Shown here piece after piece: positions 7,531 to 16,852 of a stretch of DNA of 59,507 nt. The notes below the pieces were generated by a model. It saw only the letters and a list, made by a program, of their open reading frames with translations, made no database searches and was not told the DNA's origin. Where the stretch lies: positions 1 to 59,507 of the forward strand of contig JAGARQ010000009.1 of the NCBI GenBank assembly GCA_017622175.1, given 5' to 3'. The stretch is from Bacilli bacterium. Lineage in GTDB: Bacteria; Bacillota_I; Bacilli_A; RF39; UBA660. The stretch's first letter is position 1, and each line of letters opens with the position of its first letter. The position numbers and the translations under genes are program-made.

Positions 7531-7539
7531 AAAAACATA

Positions 7540-7567
7540 AAAAAAGGTTCAAAATGAGCCTTTTTTT
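7540..7567 (+). terminator. Intrinsic terminator
   Basis: AAAAAAAGGTTC-AAAAT-GAGCCTTTTTTT. Confidence 0.7.
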
Positions 7568-7598
7568 GATTATAATAGTGTGTCGAGGCAGATAAAAC

Positions 7599-7627
7599 TT
7601 GCCAAAATCGACTTTTTGTGTTATAAT
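7599..7627 (+). promoter_or_regulatory. Sigma-A-type promoter
   Basis: TTGCCA, 17 bp, TATAAT with TG extension. Confidence 0.7.
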
Positions 7628-7657
7628 ATAGCCACATTTAGTGAAGGGGGAAATAAT

Positions 7658-9178
7658 ATGAAAAAGTTAACACAATTAACAAAATCAATTCTATTAGTAT
7701 TAATTAGTGCAGCAATCTTATTTACATCTCTTAATACTAGCGCAGTTGCTTCATCAATTCAACTAGGTGGAGCAGAAACAGTACCAGGTTATGTAGCTGG
7801 AGTAAAATTTACTACAAAAACAAAGACTGATGGTACATTATTATACTGTCTTAACATGAATAAGAAGACAGCAAAATATATCACTGCAAATTTAGCTGGT
7901 GAAAAAGATGCCGGAGTAGCATATATTGTTACAAATGGTTATCCAAATAAGTCTTTTACAGGAGATAGATTAAAAGACTATTACATCACTCAAACAGCAC
8001 TTTGGTGGTATTTAGATAACACTGCAGGTGGAACAAACCTTAGTGAAAAATTCAAAGTTACAGGTTCTGATGAACATAATTTAAGACCAACTATTAAGAA
8101 CTTAGTAGCAAAAGCAGAAGAAGCTAAAAAAGCAGGATATGCTAAAACATCATTAGCCTTAACTGCATCAAATTTCGGAATGAAATTAGATGGAAACTAT
8201 TATGTATCTGAAGAAATTTATGCTAAGTCATATAGCAATATTTCAACATATACAGTATCTGCAACAGGAGCAAACAATATTCAAGTTGTAGATGCAAATG
8301 GAAAAGCTAAAACATCATTTGGTGTTAAAGAAAAATTCAGAGTTAAAGTTCCAGTAAGTTCAGTAAGTGGAACATCATTAACTATTAATATTGCAGCATC
8401 TGCAACAGGAGTTGTTTATAAAGCGTATGAATATAAACCAACTGATAGCAGTATGCAACCAGTTACAGTTTCAATTCCAGAAAAGGAAACAGTAAATGTA
8501 ACTGCTAAGTTAGCATTAGAAATTGAATCATCAAAAGTAAGTATTGTAAAAGTAGATAAATTAACACAAAATTCAATTGCAGGTGCAACACTAGTTGTAA
8601 AAGATGCAAATGGAACTGTAAAAGCAAAATGGGTATCTACAACAAACTATCATGTAATTAGAAACTTACCAAATGGTACTTATACAGTTGAAGAAACTAA
8701 AGCACCAGCAGGATACTTATTAAATAGTAATCCAGTTAAGTTTACTATTACAAATACAAATAGAGACATCAAAATTAAATTTGAAAATACTCCAAGAGAA
8801 ACAGTAGTAAACATCATCAAAATAGATGCATCTACTGGTAATCCATTAGCAGGAGCAGTATTACTTGTAAAAGATTCAGCTGGTTCAACAGTAGCACAAT
8901 TTACATCAACTACAGAACCATATGTTTTAACAGATTTAGATAACGGAACATATACAGTAGAAGAAGTAAGTGCACCAGCAGGATATAAACATAGTACTGA
9001 AATAAAAACATTTACAATTACAGATGAAAACTTATCACATCAAATAACATTCGAAAACCATCCTGAAGTACCAGTGCCAGACACTGCATCTTCATCATTA
9101 ATTATGACATTATTAGGTATTGTAATAATTGGAGCAGGAATTAGTTTTGTTTACAAGAATGGTAAGAAAGCAAGATAA
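7658..9178 (+). CDS. Cys-Gln thioester-domain adhesin with two SpaA/CnaB-type domains and VPDTA sorting signal
   Basis: Signal peptide; LYCLN and YITQTALWWY; two IxKxD...GTYTVEExxAPAGY...FEN repeats; VPDTA, TM helix and basic tail; start at ATG 7658 after GGGGG RBS. Confidence 0.85.
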   Translation: MKKLTQLTKSILLVLISAAILFTSLNTSAVASSIQLGGAETVPGYVAGVKFTTKTKTDGTLLYCLNMNKKTAKYITANLAGEKDAGVAYIVTNGYPNKSFTGDRLKDYYITQTALWWYLDNTAGGTNLSEKFKVTGSDEHNLRPTIKNLVAKAEEAKKAGYAKTSLALTASNFGMKLDGNYYVSEEIYAKSYSNISTYTVSATGANNIQVVDANGKAKTSFGVKEKFRVKVPVSSVSGTSLTINIAASATGVVYKAYEYKPTDSSMQPVTVSIPEKETVNVTAKLALEIESSKVSIVKVDKLTQNSIAGATLVVKDANGTVKAKWVSTTNYHVIRNLPNGTYTVEETKAPAGYLLNSNPVKFTITNTNRDIKIKFENTPRETVVNIIKIDASTGNPLAGAVLLVKDSAGSTVAQFTSTTEPYVLTDLDNGTYTVEEVSAPAGYKHSTEIKTFTITDENLSHQITFENHPEVPVPDTASSSLIMTLLGIVIIGAGISFVYKNGKKAR

Positions 9179-9812
9179 TAAAAAACAAAAAAGAATCTCT
9201 TCTAGTACAATAGCTGTAATCGGTTCGGTTATCCTATTAACAGGAGGATTCTTTCTTTCATATAATTACATGCAATCTAAAAAAGTAAAAGCATTTGATT
9301 ATATGGCCAATGTCTTCTATCAATCAGAGGAAGTAGAAATATTAGAACACGATGGTGAATTACAACAAGAACAAAAAGAAGAAGAACTAGGGGAAGTAAC
9401 TAATGACTATATTGGTTATTTAACAATACCAAAATTAAACCTAACAAAAGGTTTCTTAGATATGAGATCCGAGTACAATAATATAGAACAAAATATTACA
9501 GTAATTAAGGGTTCTTCTTATCCTGATAAGGAGAAAGGCAACTTTATAATTGCTGCACACTCTGGATCGGGATGGAAAGCATTCTTTAATGATCTATATA
9601 AATTATCAACTGGAGATATAGCAGAAGTATCATATAAAGGAAAAAAATATACATATAAAATTGTTAATATCTATAAACAAGATAAAACAGGAACAATTGC
9701 TATATATAGAAATTATGATAAAACAACTTTAACATTAGTAACATGTACTAATTTTGATAGTAAAACTCAAACAGTATATATAGCTGAACTACAAAACGTT
9801 GTAGAAGAATAA
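9159..9812 (+). CDS. Sortase (class D-like)
   Basis: N-terminal TM; IGYLTIPKL, IIAAHSG, TLTLVTC; follows a sorting-signal protein. Confidence 0.88.
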   Translation: MVRKQDNKKQKRISSSTIAVIGSVILLTGGFFLSYNYMQSKKVKAFDYMANVFYQSEEVEILEHDGELQQEQKEEELGEVTNDYIGYLTIPKLNLTKGFLDMRSEYNNIEQNITVIKGSSYPDKEKGNFIIAAHSGSGWKAFFNDLYKLSTGDIAEVSYKGKKYTYKIVNIYKQDKTGTIAIYRNYDKTTLTLVTCTNFDSKTQTVYIAELQNVVEE

Positions 9813-9819
9813 AAACTTC

Positions 9820-11106
9820 ATGGGGGTGAAGGTTATGACACAAACAACGATACTAGATAAACTAAAAGTAATATTAGATGTATCAATGTCATCTAAGTTA
9901 TTTATAGCCGTTATTTTATTCATAATCTTAATAACTTTAGTTTCATTAACAACAAATAGAAAAAATGTTAGAAGAACTAAAATAATATATGGATTAACAT
10001 ATTTAATCATAATAGCTGCAATTATTGTTTTCTATTATGATTCGCTAGGGAAAATGTTTGACTATATGATGAACAACTTCTTCATAGTCTTATATTTTCC
10101 AAACGTAGCAGTATACCTAGCGGCTATCATCGTTACAAATATAATTGTACTAGTAAGTGTATTTAATTTTAAAACACCTAAACTAGTAAGAAATATAAAT
10201 GTAATAATATATGGAATTATAAATTATTTATTAGCATTAGTTTTAAATGTTGTTACGAAAAACAATCTTGATATATTCTCACAAACATCAGTTTATGGAA
10301 ACGCAAATGCTCAAGCTATCATTGAAGTGTCAAGTACTATATTTATGATATGGTTAGCATTCTTAGTTATCTACAAAATGATTAGAATGTATCAGAAAAA
10401 AGATGAACCAGTAAAACGAAAAGTAATTGTTAAAAAAGTAAGAAAATTACCAGAAGGAATTGTTGAAGTTCCTGTACCACTTTTTGTTAAAGGTCAACCT
10501 AAAAAAGTAGAAGAAGCAAAAACAAAAGAAGACCCCGTTATTGTCGCTACTTTTACAGATGACTTAAAATTAGAAAAAGAAGCATTAGAAAAGCAACTAG
10601 AAGAAGCAGAAAAAAAATTAAAACAAGCAGAAGAACAAATAAAGGTTCACGAAACAACAATAAAAATAAAAACAGATGAAGTTGAAGAAAAATTAAGACT
10701 TGCAGAAGAACAAATCAAAGTTCATGAAGAAACAATAAAAAATAAAGAACAAGAAAATAGTAAATTAGAACAAGAACAAATTGCTCTTCAATATGAACAA
10801 GTTCAATTACAACAAGAAAAAGCAAAACTACAACAAGAAAAAACAAAACTTCTACAAGAAAATCAAAAATTACAAGATGCAAAAGTTGAAGTGCTAGAAG
10901 TAAAAGAAGAAACTAAAGTAGATGCAACAGCAGCAATTATGAAAAACTTAGACAATATGTTTACTTTAGAAGATTACAAAATTTTAGCAACAATTCTTAA
11001 AGATAGACAAAAAAAGAAAAATGAACAAAAACTAAAAGAAGAAATCAGAAAACAAGAACAACTAAAATTTGCACAAATCCATGAAGCATATAGAAGCACA
11101 AGATAA
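9820..11106 (+). CDS. Membrane protein with long C-terminal coiled coil
   Basis: About 5 TM segments, then an E/K/Q-rich heptad region with internal repeats. Confidence 0.75.
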   Translation: MGVKVMTQTTILDKLKVILDVSMSSKLFIAVILFIILITLVSLTTNRKNVRRTKIIYGLTYLIIIAAIIVFYYDSLGKMFDYMMNNFFIVLYFPNVAVYLAAIIVTNIIVLVSVFNFKTPKLVRNINVIIYGIINYLLALVLNVVTKNNLDIFSQTSVYGNANAQAIIEVSSTIFMIWLAFLVIYKMIRMYQKKDEPVKRKVIVKKVRKLPEGIVEVPVPLFVKGQPKKVEEAKTKEDPVIVATFTDDLKLEKEALEKQLEEAEKKLKQAEEQIKVHETTIKIKTDEVEEKLRLAEEQIKVHEETIKNKEQENSKLEQEQIALQYEQVQLQQEKAKLQQEKTKLLQENQKLQDAKVEVLEVKEETKVDATAAIMKNLDNMFTLEDYKILATILKDRQKKKNEQKLKEEIRKQEQLKFAQIHEAYRSTR

Positions 11107-11120
11107 TCTTGTGCTTTTTT
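11094..11120 (+). terminator. Intrinsic terminator
   Basis: AAGCACAAGA-TAA-TCTTGTGCTTTTTT. Confidence 0.7.
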
Positions 11121-11175
11121 ATTTTACTTATCACTATAAAGTGCGATATAATGTTAATAGGAAGTAGGTAGGAAA

Positions 11176-13272
11176 ATGGACATATCAAGTTTAAATGACA
11201 GACAAAAAGAAGCAGTATTATATAATGATGGACCACTTCTAATTATTGCAGGAGCAGGAGCAGGAAAAACAAAAACACTTACAACAAAAATTGCTTATTT
11301 AATTGAAGAAGAAAATGTAAATCCTCATAACATTTTAGCAATTACCTTTACTAATAAAGCAGCTAAAGAAATGAAGGATAGATTATATATGTTAGTAGGA
11401 GACTTATCAAAGAAGTTACAAGTATCAACATTCCATAGTTTTGGTCTTAAACTATTAAGAGAAAATTATGAAAAATTAGGATATGACAAAAACTTTGTTA
11501 TTATGGATAGTGATGACTCACTAACAGTAGTAAAAAAAATTATAAAAGACATGGGCTATGATCCGAAAATCTATAACCCACGTGCAATTCGTAATAAAAT
11601 AAGTAGTTGTAAAAATGAAATGACTTCTCCAGAAGCATATGAAAAATATGCAGTAAGTGATTATGAAAAAGTAGTTCAACAAGTATATGCAAAGTATGAA
11701 ACAAAACTACAAAGAAATAATTCAGTAGATTTTGATGACTTATTACTATTACCAATAGAACTATTTAAGAAAAATCCTGACGTATTAGATAAATACCAAG
11801 ATTTATATCAATATTTACTTATAGATGAGTATCAAGACACAAATGAAGCACAATATATTTTAACTAAACTATTATGTGCAAAAAATAGAAAAATTACTTG
11901 TGTAGGAGATGATTCACAAAGTATTTATAGTTTCCGTGGAGCAAACTATAAAAATATTTTGAACTTTGAAAATGACTACAAAGATGCCAAAACAATTTTA
12001 CTAGAAGAAAACTATCGTTCAACTAGTACAATTTTAGATGCAGCTAACCAAGTAATTAAAAATAATAAAATGCGTAAAGATAAAAATCTTTGGACAGCTC
12101 GTGGAGTAGGAGATAAAATAAAATACTATCGAGCATATAACGAAAAAGATGAAGCACAATATGTAATTAGAAAAGTAAAAGAATTAGTAAATCGTGGAGT
12201 AGAATATCAAGACATAGTAGTTCTATATAGAACTAATGCTCAATCACGTGTTATAGAAGATGAATTTCTAAAAGAAAATTTACCATATCGTGTAGTAGGA
12301 AGTTTATACTTCTATGCTAGAAAAGAAATTAAAGATTTAATAGCTTACTTAAGATTAATTCATAACTCAAGAGACAACATTAGCTTATTACGTGCAATTA
12401 ATACTCCTAAAAGAGGCATTGGCTTAAAAACAATTGAAAATCTACAAGAAAAAGCTGACTTAGAAGGAATAAGCATCTATGATGCAATTACTTCTGGAAA
12501 AGAAATGGAATTTAAAAACATAATTGAAAAATTAAAAGTTATTTCAGAAGACTTAACATTAACAGAATTAATTGATAAAGTATTAGATGCATCTGGTCTA
12601 AGACAAGACTTAGAAAGTGAAAAAACACTAGAAGCAGAAGTAAGATTAGAAAACTTAGAAGAATTCAAATCCATTACAAAATCTTTCGAAGAAAGAGAAG
12701 GTTTAATTTCCCTAGAAGACTTCTTACTTGAAATAAGTTTAATCAGTGATGTTGAAGAATATAAAGATGATCCAAATAGAGTAAGTTTAATGACAGTTCA
12801 CTCAGTAAAGGGGCTTGAATATAATCATGTCTTCGTAGTTGGTATGGAAGAAGGAATATTCCCACATATGAATTCACTTATGGAAAATTCTGAACTAGAA
12901 GAAGAAAGAAGATTATGTTATGTAGCAATAACTCGTGCTAAAGATGATCTTCATTTAGTAAATGCAAGACGTAGAACTTTATTTGGTAAAGAACAAATAA
13001 ATCCAGTAAGTAGATTCTTAAGTGAAATTCCAAAAGACTTAATGGAATCAAATGCAAAAGAAGAACTTCCACAACATGAAGAAAAAATCCAAGTAGGAGA
13101 AATGTTTAGAGAAGAAGCTGTTGACTACCAAGTAGGAGACTACGTATACCATGAAACATTTGGTACTGGACGTGTAACAGAAGTAACAAATACACTTGTA
13201 AGTGTTGCCTTTAAACATCCACATGGAATTAAAAAATTAATGAAAAATCATAAAAAGTTATCAAAAGTATAA
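11176..13272 (+). CDS. pcrA: ATP-dependent DNA helicase PcrA/UvrD
   Basis: AGAGAGKT, TFTNKAA, DEYQDTN, VGDDSQSIY, NYRST, TVHSVKGLE, EERRLCYVAITRAK; C-terminal Tudor-like tail. Confidence 0.97.
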   Translation: MDISSLNDRQKEAVLYNDGPLLIIAGAGAGKTKTLTTKIAYLIEEENVNPHNILAITFTNKAAKEMKDRLYMLVGDLSKKLQVSTFHSFGLKLLRENYEKLGYDKNFVIMDSDDSLTVVKKIIKDMGYDPKIYNPRAIRNKISSCKNEMTSPEAYEKYAVSDYEKVVQQVYAKYETKLQRNNSVDFDDLLLLPIELFKKNPDVLDKYQDLYQYLLIDEYQDTNEAQYILTKLLCAKNRKITCVGDDSQSIYSFRGANYKNILNFENDYKDAKTILLEENYRSTSTILDAANQVIKNNKMRKDKNLWTARGVGDKIKYYRAYNEKDEAQYVIRKVKELVNRGVEYQDIVVLYRTNAQSRVIEDEFLKENLPYRVVGSLYFYARKEIKDLIAYLRLIHNSRDNISLLRAINTPKRGIGLKTIENLQEKADLEGISIYDAITSGKEMEFKNIIEKLKVISEDLTLTELIDKVLDASGLRQDLESEKTLEAEVRLENLEEFKSITKSFEEREGLISLEDFLLEISLISDVEEYKDDPNRVSLMTVHSVKGLEYNHVFVVGMEEGIFPHMNSLMENSELEEERRLCYVAITRAKDDLHLVNARRRTLFGKEQINPVSRFLSEIPKDLMESNAKEELPQHEEKIQVGEMFREEAVDYQVGDYVYHETFGTGRVTEVTNTLVSVAFKHPHGIKKLMKNHKKLSKV

Positions 13273-13303
13273 ATTGATTCAAAAATTAAAAGGAGATGAT
13301 AAT

Positions 13304-14203
13304 ATGAATCAAGATTTAACATTATTAGTACTTGCTGCAGGAATGGGTAGTCGTTTTGGAGGATTAAAACAAATTGAACCAATCGGACCATCAGGAGAAT
13401 TCATGATTGATTATTCAGTATATGACGCAATAAAAGCTGGATTCAATAAAATAGTATTCTTAATAAAAGAAGAAAATTATGATGTGTTTAAAGAAACAAT
13501 TGGCGCAAGAGTAGAAAATCGCATTAAAGTAGAATATGCTTTCCAAAAAAATGATAATATTCCAGCAGGATATGAAGTACCAGCTGACAGAGTAAAACCA
13601 TTTGGTACAGGACATGCAATTTATTGTGCTAAAGAAAAAATCAATGAAAAATTTGCTATTATTTCAGCAGATGATTTCTTCGGAGCAGATGCATTTAAAC
13701 AAGCAGCCGATTTCGCAAGAGAAAGTGATGATTTCTGTGTTGTAGGATACAAAATTGGTGGAACACTATCTGATAAAGGTACAGTAAAACGTGGCGTATG
13801 TATGGAAAAAGATGGTTACTTAACAGATGTTATTGAAAGTAAAGCAGAACGTGTAGGTGATATTGTAAAATGTGAACCACTAAGTGGAGCACCATCATAC
13901 GAGATTGGATTAGATCATCCAGTATCAATGTTAATGTTTGGATTAACACCAGTAATATTCGAAGAATTAGAAAAACAAATGTATGAATTCTTTGAAGCAA
14001 ATAAAGATGACTTATCTACATGCGAGTTCTTATTCCCAGATGTACTTGATAGAATGATAAAAGAAGGAAAAATAAAAATCAAAGTATTACCAACATCTGC
14101 AAAATGGTTTGGAGCAACATATAGAGAAGATTTAGATAATATTAAAAAGTCAATTAAAGAATTAATTGCAGAAGGCGCATATAAAGAAGATTTATGGAGT
14201 TAA
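13304..14203 (+). CDS. Sugar-phosphate nucleotidyltransferase family protein
   Basis: LAAGMGSRFGGLKQ, KPFGTGHA, ADDF; AGGAG RBS before ATG 13304. Confidence 0.85.
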   Translation: MNQDLTLLVLAAGMGSRFGGLKQIEPIGPSGEFMIDYSVYDAIKAGFNKIVFLIKEENYDVFKETIGARVENRIKVEYAFQKNDNIPAGYEVPADRVKPFGTGHAIYCAKEKINEKFAIISADDFFGADAFKQAADFARESDDFCVVGYKIGGTLSDKGTVKRGVCMEKDGYLTDVIESKAERVGDIVKCEPLSGAPSYEIGLDHPVSMLMFGLTPVIFEELEKQMYEFFEANKDDLSTCEFLFPDVLDRMIKEGKIKIKVLPTSAKWFGATYREDLDNIKKSIKELIAEGAYKEDLWS

Positions 14204-14252
14204 ATCTTCTTTTTCTTTTTGTATAATGTTATACTTATAATAGGTGAAATAA

Positions 14253-15536
14253 ATGATAACAAGAGAAATGATTAGCGATATAATAGCAAAATATTTAATA
14301 AGCAAAATAATTGACTATATTCCAATGAAAACAAAATTAAAAAGAAAAACTATTGAAGGAATTATTCAAAGAAATTTAACTCCAGAGGAGCAAAAAAAAC
14401 TATCACTAAATGAATGTTTAAATCAAAAAGAAAATAATTATATAATCGAAAGATTCTATAATGTTTTAGAAACACAACTATCACATTGTGATACATCATC
14501 ATTTTTCAGAAATATCCAATCGCTAACCATTACAGAAAAACCAAAAACACTTCGAGAAAGATTAGATGAATTTTTATCTATCAAAGCATCAGGATATTAT
14601 TATCCGAGAAGCAATAATATTAGAATATTTTCACCACATACAGATCCAAATAATGAACATATTAATAGAACAAAAACCCACGAATTAATTCATATGGCTA
14701 CCACAAGAACAGACGGTGATATGACATTATGCGGTTTCGAAAGAACCAGAAATAGAATTAGTTTCGCAACAGGATTAAATGAAGCATATACAGAAATAAT
14801 TAATAGAAGATATTTTACAAAAAGAGAATTAGATAGTTATGAGGAATTGCAGCCAATCGCAGAACAAATAGAAAACTTAGTAGGCCGAAAAAAAATGGAA
14901 CAATTCTTTTTCTCGAATGATTTAGATGGATTAATAGACGAAATGGCAAAATATTCATCAAGAGAAGATGCCATGCAATTAATTCAAAAAATGGATTATA
15001 TTTATAAATGTTATGGAACTCCAGCAGAAAAAATTATCCAAGAAACTCTATGTAGACAAGCGAGAGTTGATATAGCAAATATACGTTTAAATTATTTCAA
15101 AGAAAGATTCAAATCAGGAAAAACAAATGAACAACAGTATAAGGCCGAGTTATTTTATTTAGAACTATTTACTCATAATTTAAGTCCATATTTTCATTAC
15201 CCACCCGGTTCAAAAAAAGCAGACGAAGCCTATATCAGCAGAACACTTATTTTTGAACCTAGATTAGTAATACCAATAGAAAGATATGAAGAGATTATTG
15301 ATGAATATTATGATTCAAAAAAAGATAATCTAACATTTACATACAAACCATGGAAAAGTAAAAAAGGTTTAGGTATTGAAAATATAATTATTAGAGAATC
15401 CAATGCAAATTATATAGCTGCTCAAGAATGTGCAAAAGGTAGAGACCCTCAAGAAGTCTCTATAGAAATTCAAACAATGCTTAGAGAAAATTCACCAGCT
15501 ATTCCAACAAACGAAACTATCGGAAAAAAATGGTAA
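14253..15536 (+). CDS. Hypothetical protein with zincin metallopeptidase motif
   Basis: THELIHM (HExxH) and downstream GLNEAYTE third-ligand motif; no signal peptide. Confidence 0.65.
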   Translation: MITREMISDIIAKYLISKIIDYIPMKTKLKRKTIEGIIQRNLTPEEQKKLSLNECLNQKENNYIIERFYNVLETQLSHCDTSSFFRNIQSLTITEKPKTLRERLDEFLSIKASGYYYPRSNNIRIFSPHTDPNNEHINRTKTHELIHMATTRTDGDMTLCGFERTRNRISFATGLNEAYTEIINRRYFTKRELDSYEELQPIAEQIENLVGRKKMEQFFFSNDLDGLIDEMAKYSSREDAMQLIQKMDYIYKCYGTPAEKIIQETLCRQARVDIANIRLNYFKERFKSGKTNEQQYKAELFYLELFTHNLSPYFHYPPGSKKADEAYISRTLIFEPRLVIPIERYEEIIDEYYDSKKDNLTFTYKPWKSKKGLGIENIIIRESNANYIAAQECAKGRDPQEVSIEIQTMLRENSPAIPTNETIGKKW

Positions 15537-15609
15537 GAGAAAAAAAGAGAAACAAATATTTTCTTTTTTCTTTTAATTTTATATACTTATATTAGGATGT
15601 GAATAATAA

Positions 15610-16848
15610 ATGAAACGAAATAAAAAACAAAAGTACAATGACAAATTTATTGTCTATGCATTTATGGGAATAATACTTTTATGCTTAATTCATATACCTA
15701 TATATTTTGTTTTACTATATACAGGTACTATTACTCTTAGAATTGAAGACAATTTTAAATCAGCCAATCACAAAGAAAGTGGACTACTAATAGACTTAAC
15801 AAACAAACTAGAAGACCTTAAAATTGATATAGAAAATAGGGCAACAAATTATTTTCCTTTTTATGCTGACATAAACCTTATGATGAGAAAAATAGATAAT
15901 GCATCAAATCATCTTATTTATAATAAATCATTACCATTAAAACTTGATGCTGGAGAGTATATATTTAAAAATATAGAAAATGATTTTTATTATACAATTA
16001 CAACAGAAACAAAAGAAACTTTAAAAAATAAGTTGAATACACAAGTTAAATTATTTAATGAATTATCTACAGCAACAACAGCTAAAGTAAACTTATATAT
16101 GATTCCAAGTTATGAATATTTAGAATTTTCAAATCAAGATAGATATCAAAATATGTATCAATATGTTGATGAATTCAAAGAAAAATTAAATGACGATATA
16201 AATGTATCAGAGTTAAAAATTAATGATCTAAAAAAATACCAAGAATATTTATTTAAAACAGATCATCACTGGAATTCCAAAGGAGCTTATCAAGGTTATT
16301 TAGACATACTATCAATGTTAAATGAAAATAATCCGAAAGAATACAAAGAAGGAATTATTAAAAATCAAAAAATGTATGGTAGCTATGCAAAAAAAGCATT
16401 TGATAAGTCAATTAGTGATACATTTACATATCCAAATATAGAATTAGAAGAACATAAAACACTAATCAATCAAAAAGATAAAACAGAAGTAATATACAAA
16501 CCAAAAAGTACAAAGAAACCAATTACATCAAATGAATTTTATGATTATTATATAAAGTTCTATCAAGGACAATATAGTGAGGTTATTTTTGATTACAATA
16601 ATTCTTCTAAAAAGAATCTTTTAATTATTTCAGATTCGTATATATGGCCAATTGATGAAGTAATTGCCAGTCATTTTAATAAAACACATCTTATCAATCT
16701 AAGATATCCACCATATGATAAGAATAAATTCAATTATAAAGAATACATTAAAAATAATGATATAGATGAAGTGTTATTTGTTTATGGAATGGGTACAATG
16801 GTCTTAGATGGAAATAATTATCAAATAGAAAGTAAAATAGAAAGGTGA
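15610..16848 (+). CDS. DHHW-family (AlgJ/PatB-like) membrane-anchored O-acetyltransferase partner
   Basis: FKTDHHWN, LLIISDSY; N-terminal TM; adjacent MBOAT gene. Confidence 0.85.
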   Translation: MKRNKKQKYNDKFIVYAFMGIILLCLIHIPIYFVLLYTGTITLRIEDNFKSANHKESGLLIDLTNKLEDLKIDIENRATNYFPFYADINLMMRKIDNASNHLIYNKSLPLKLDAGEYIFKNIENDFYYTITTETKETLKNKLNTQVKLFNELSTATTAKVNLYMIPSYEYLEFSNQDRYQNMYQYVDEFKEKLNDDINVSELKINDLKKYQEYLFKTDHHWNSKGAYQGYLDILSMLNENNPKEYKEGIIKNQKMYGSYAKKAFDKSISDTFTYPNIELEEHKTLINQKDKTEVIYKPKSTKKPITSNEFYDYYIKFYQGQYSEVIFDYNNSSKKNLLIISDSYIWPIDEVIASHFNKTHLINLRYPPYDKNKFNYKEYIKNNDIDEVLFVYGMGTMVLDGNNYQIESKIER

Positions 16849-16852
16849 TAAT

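Noticed and set aside
7578-7613. Possible Spo0A boxes (TGTCGAG, ATCGAC) near the adhesin promoter
   Set aside because: Imperfect matches to TGNCGAA; not distinguishable from chance
7580-7657. Upstream starts in the ORF track (7580; likewise 1076, 2934, 9129, 13274, 21778, 29348, 48827, 56382)
   Set aside because: Downstream ATGs are better placed, mostly with clear RBSs; the extensions overlap promoters or neighbouring genes
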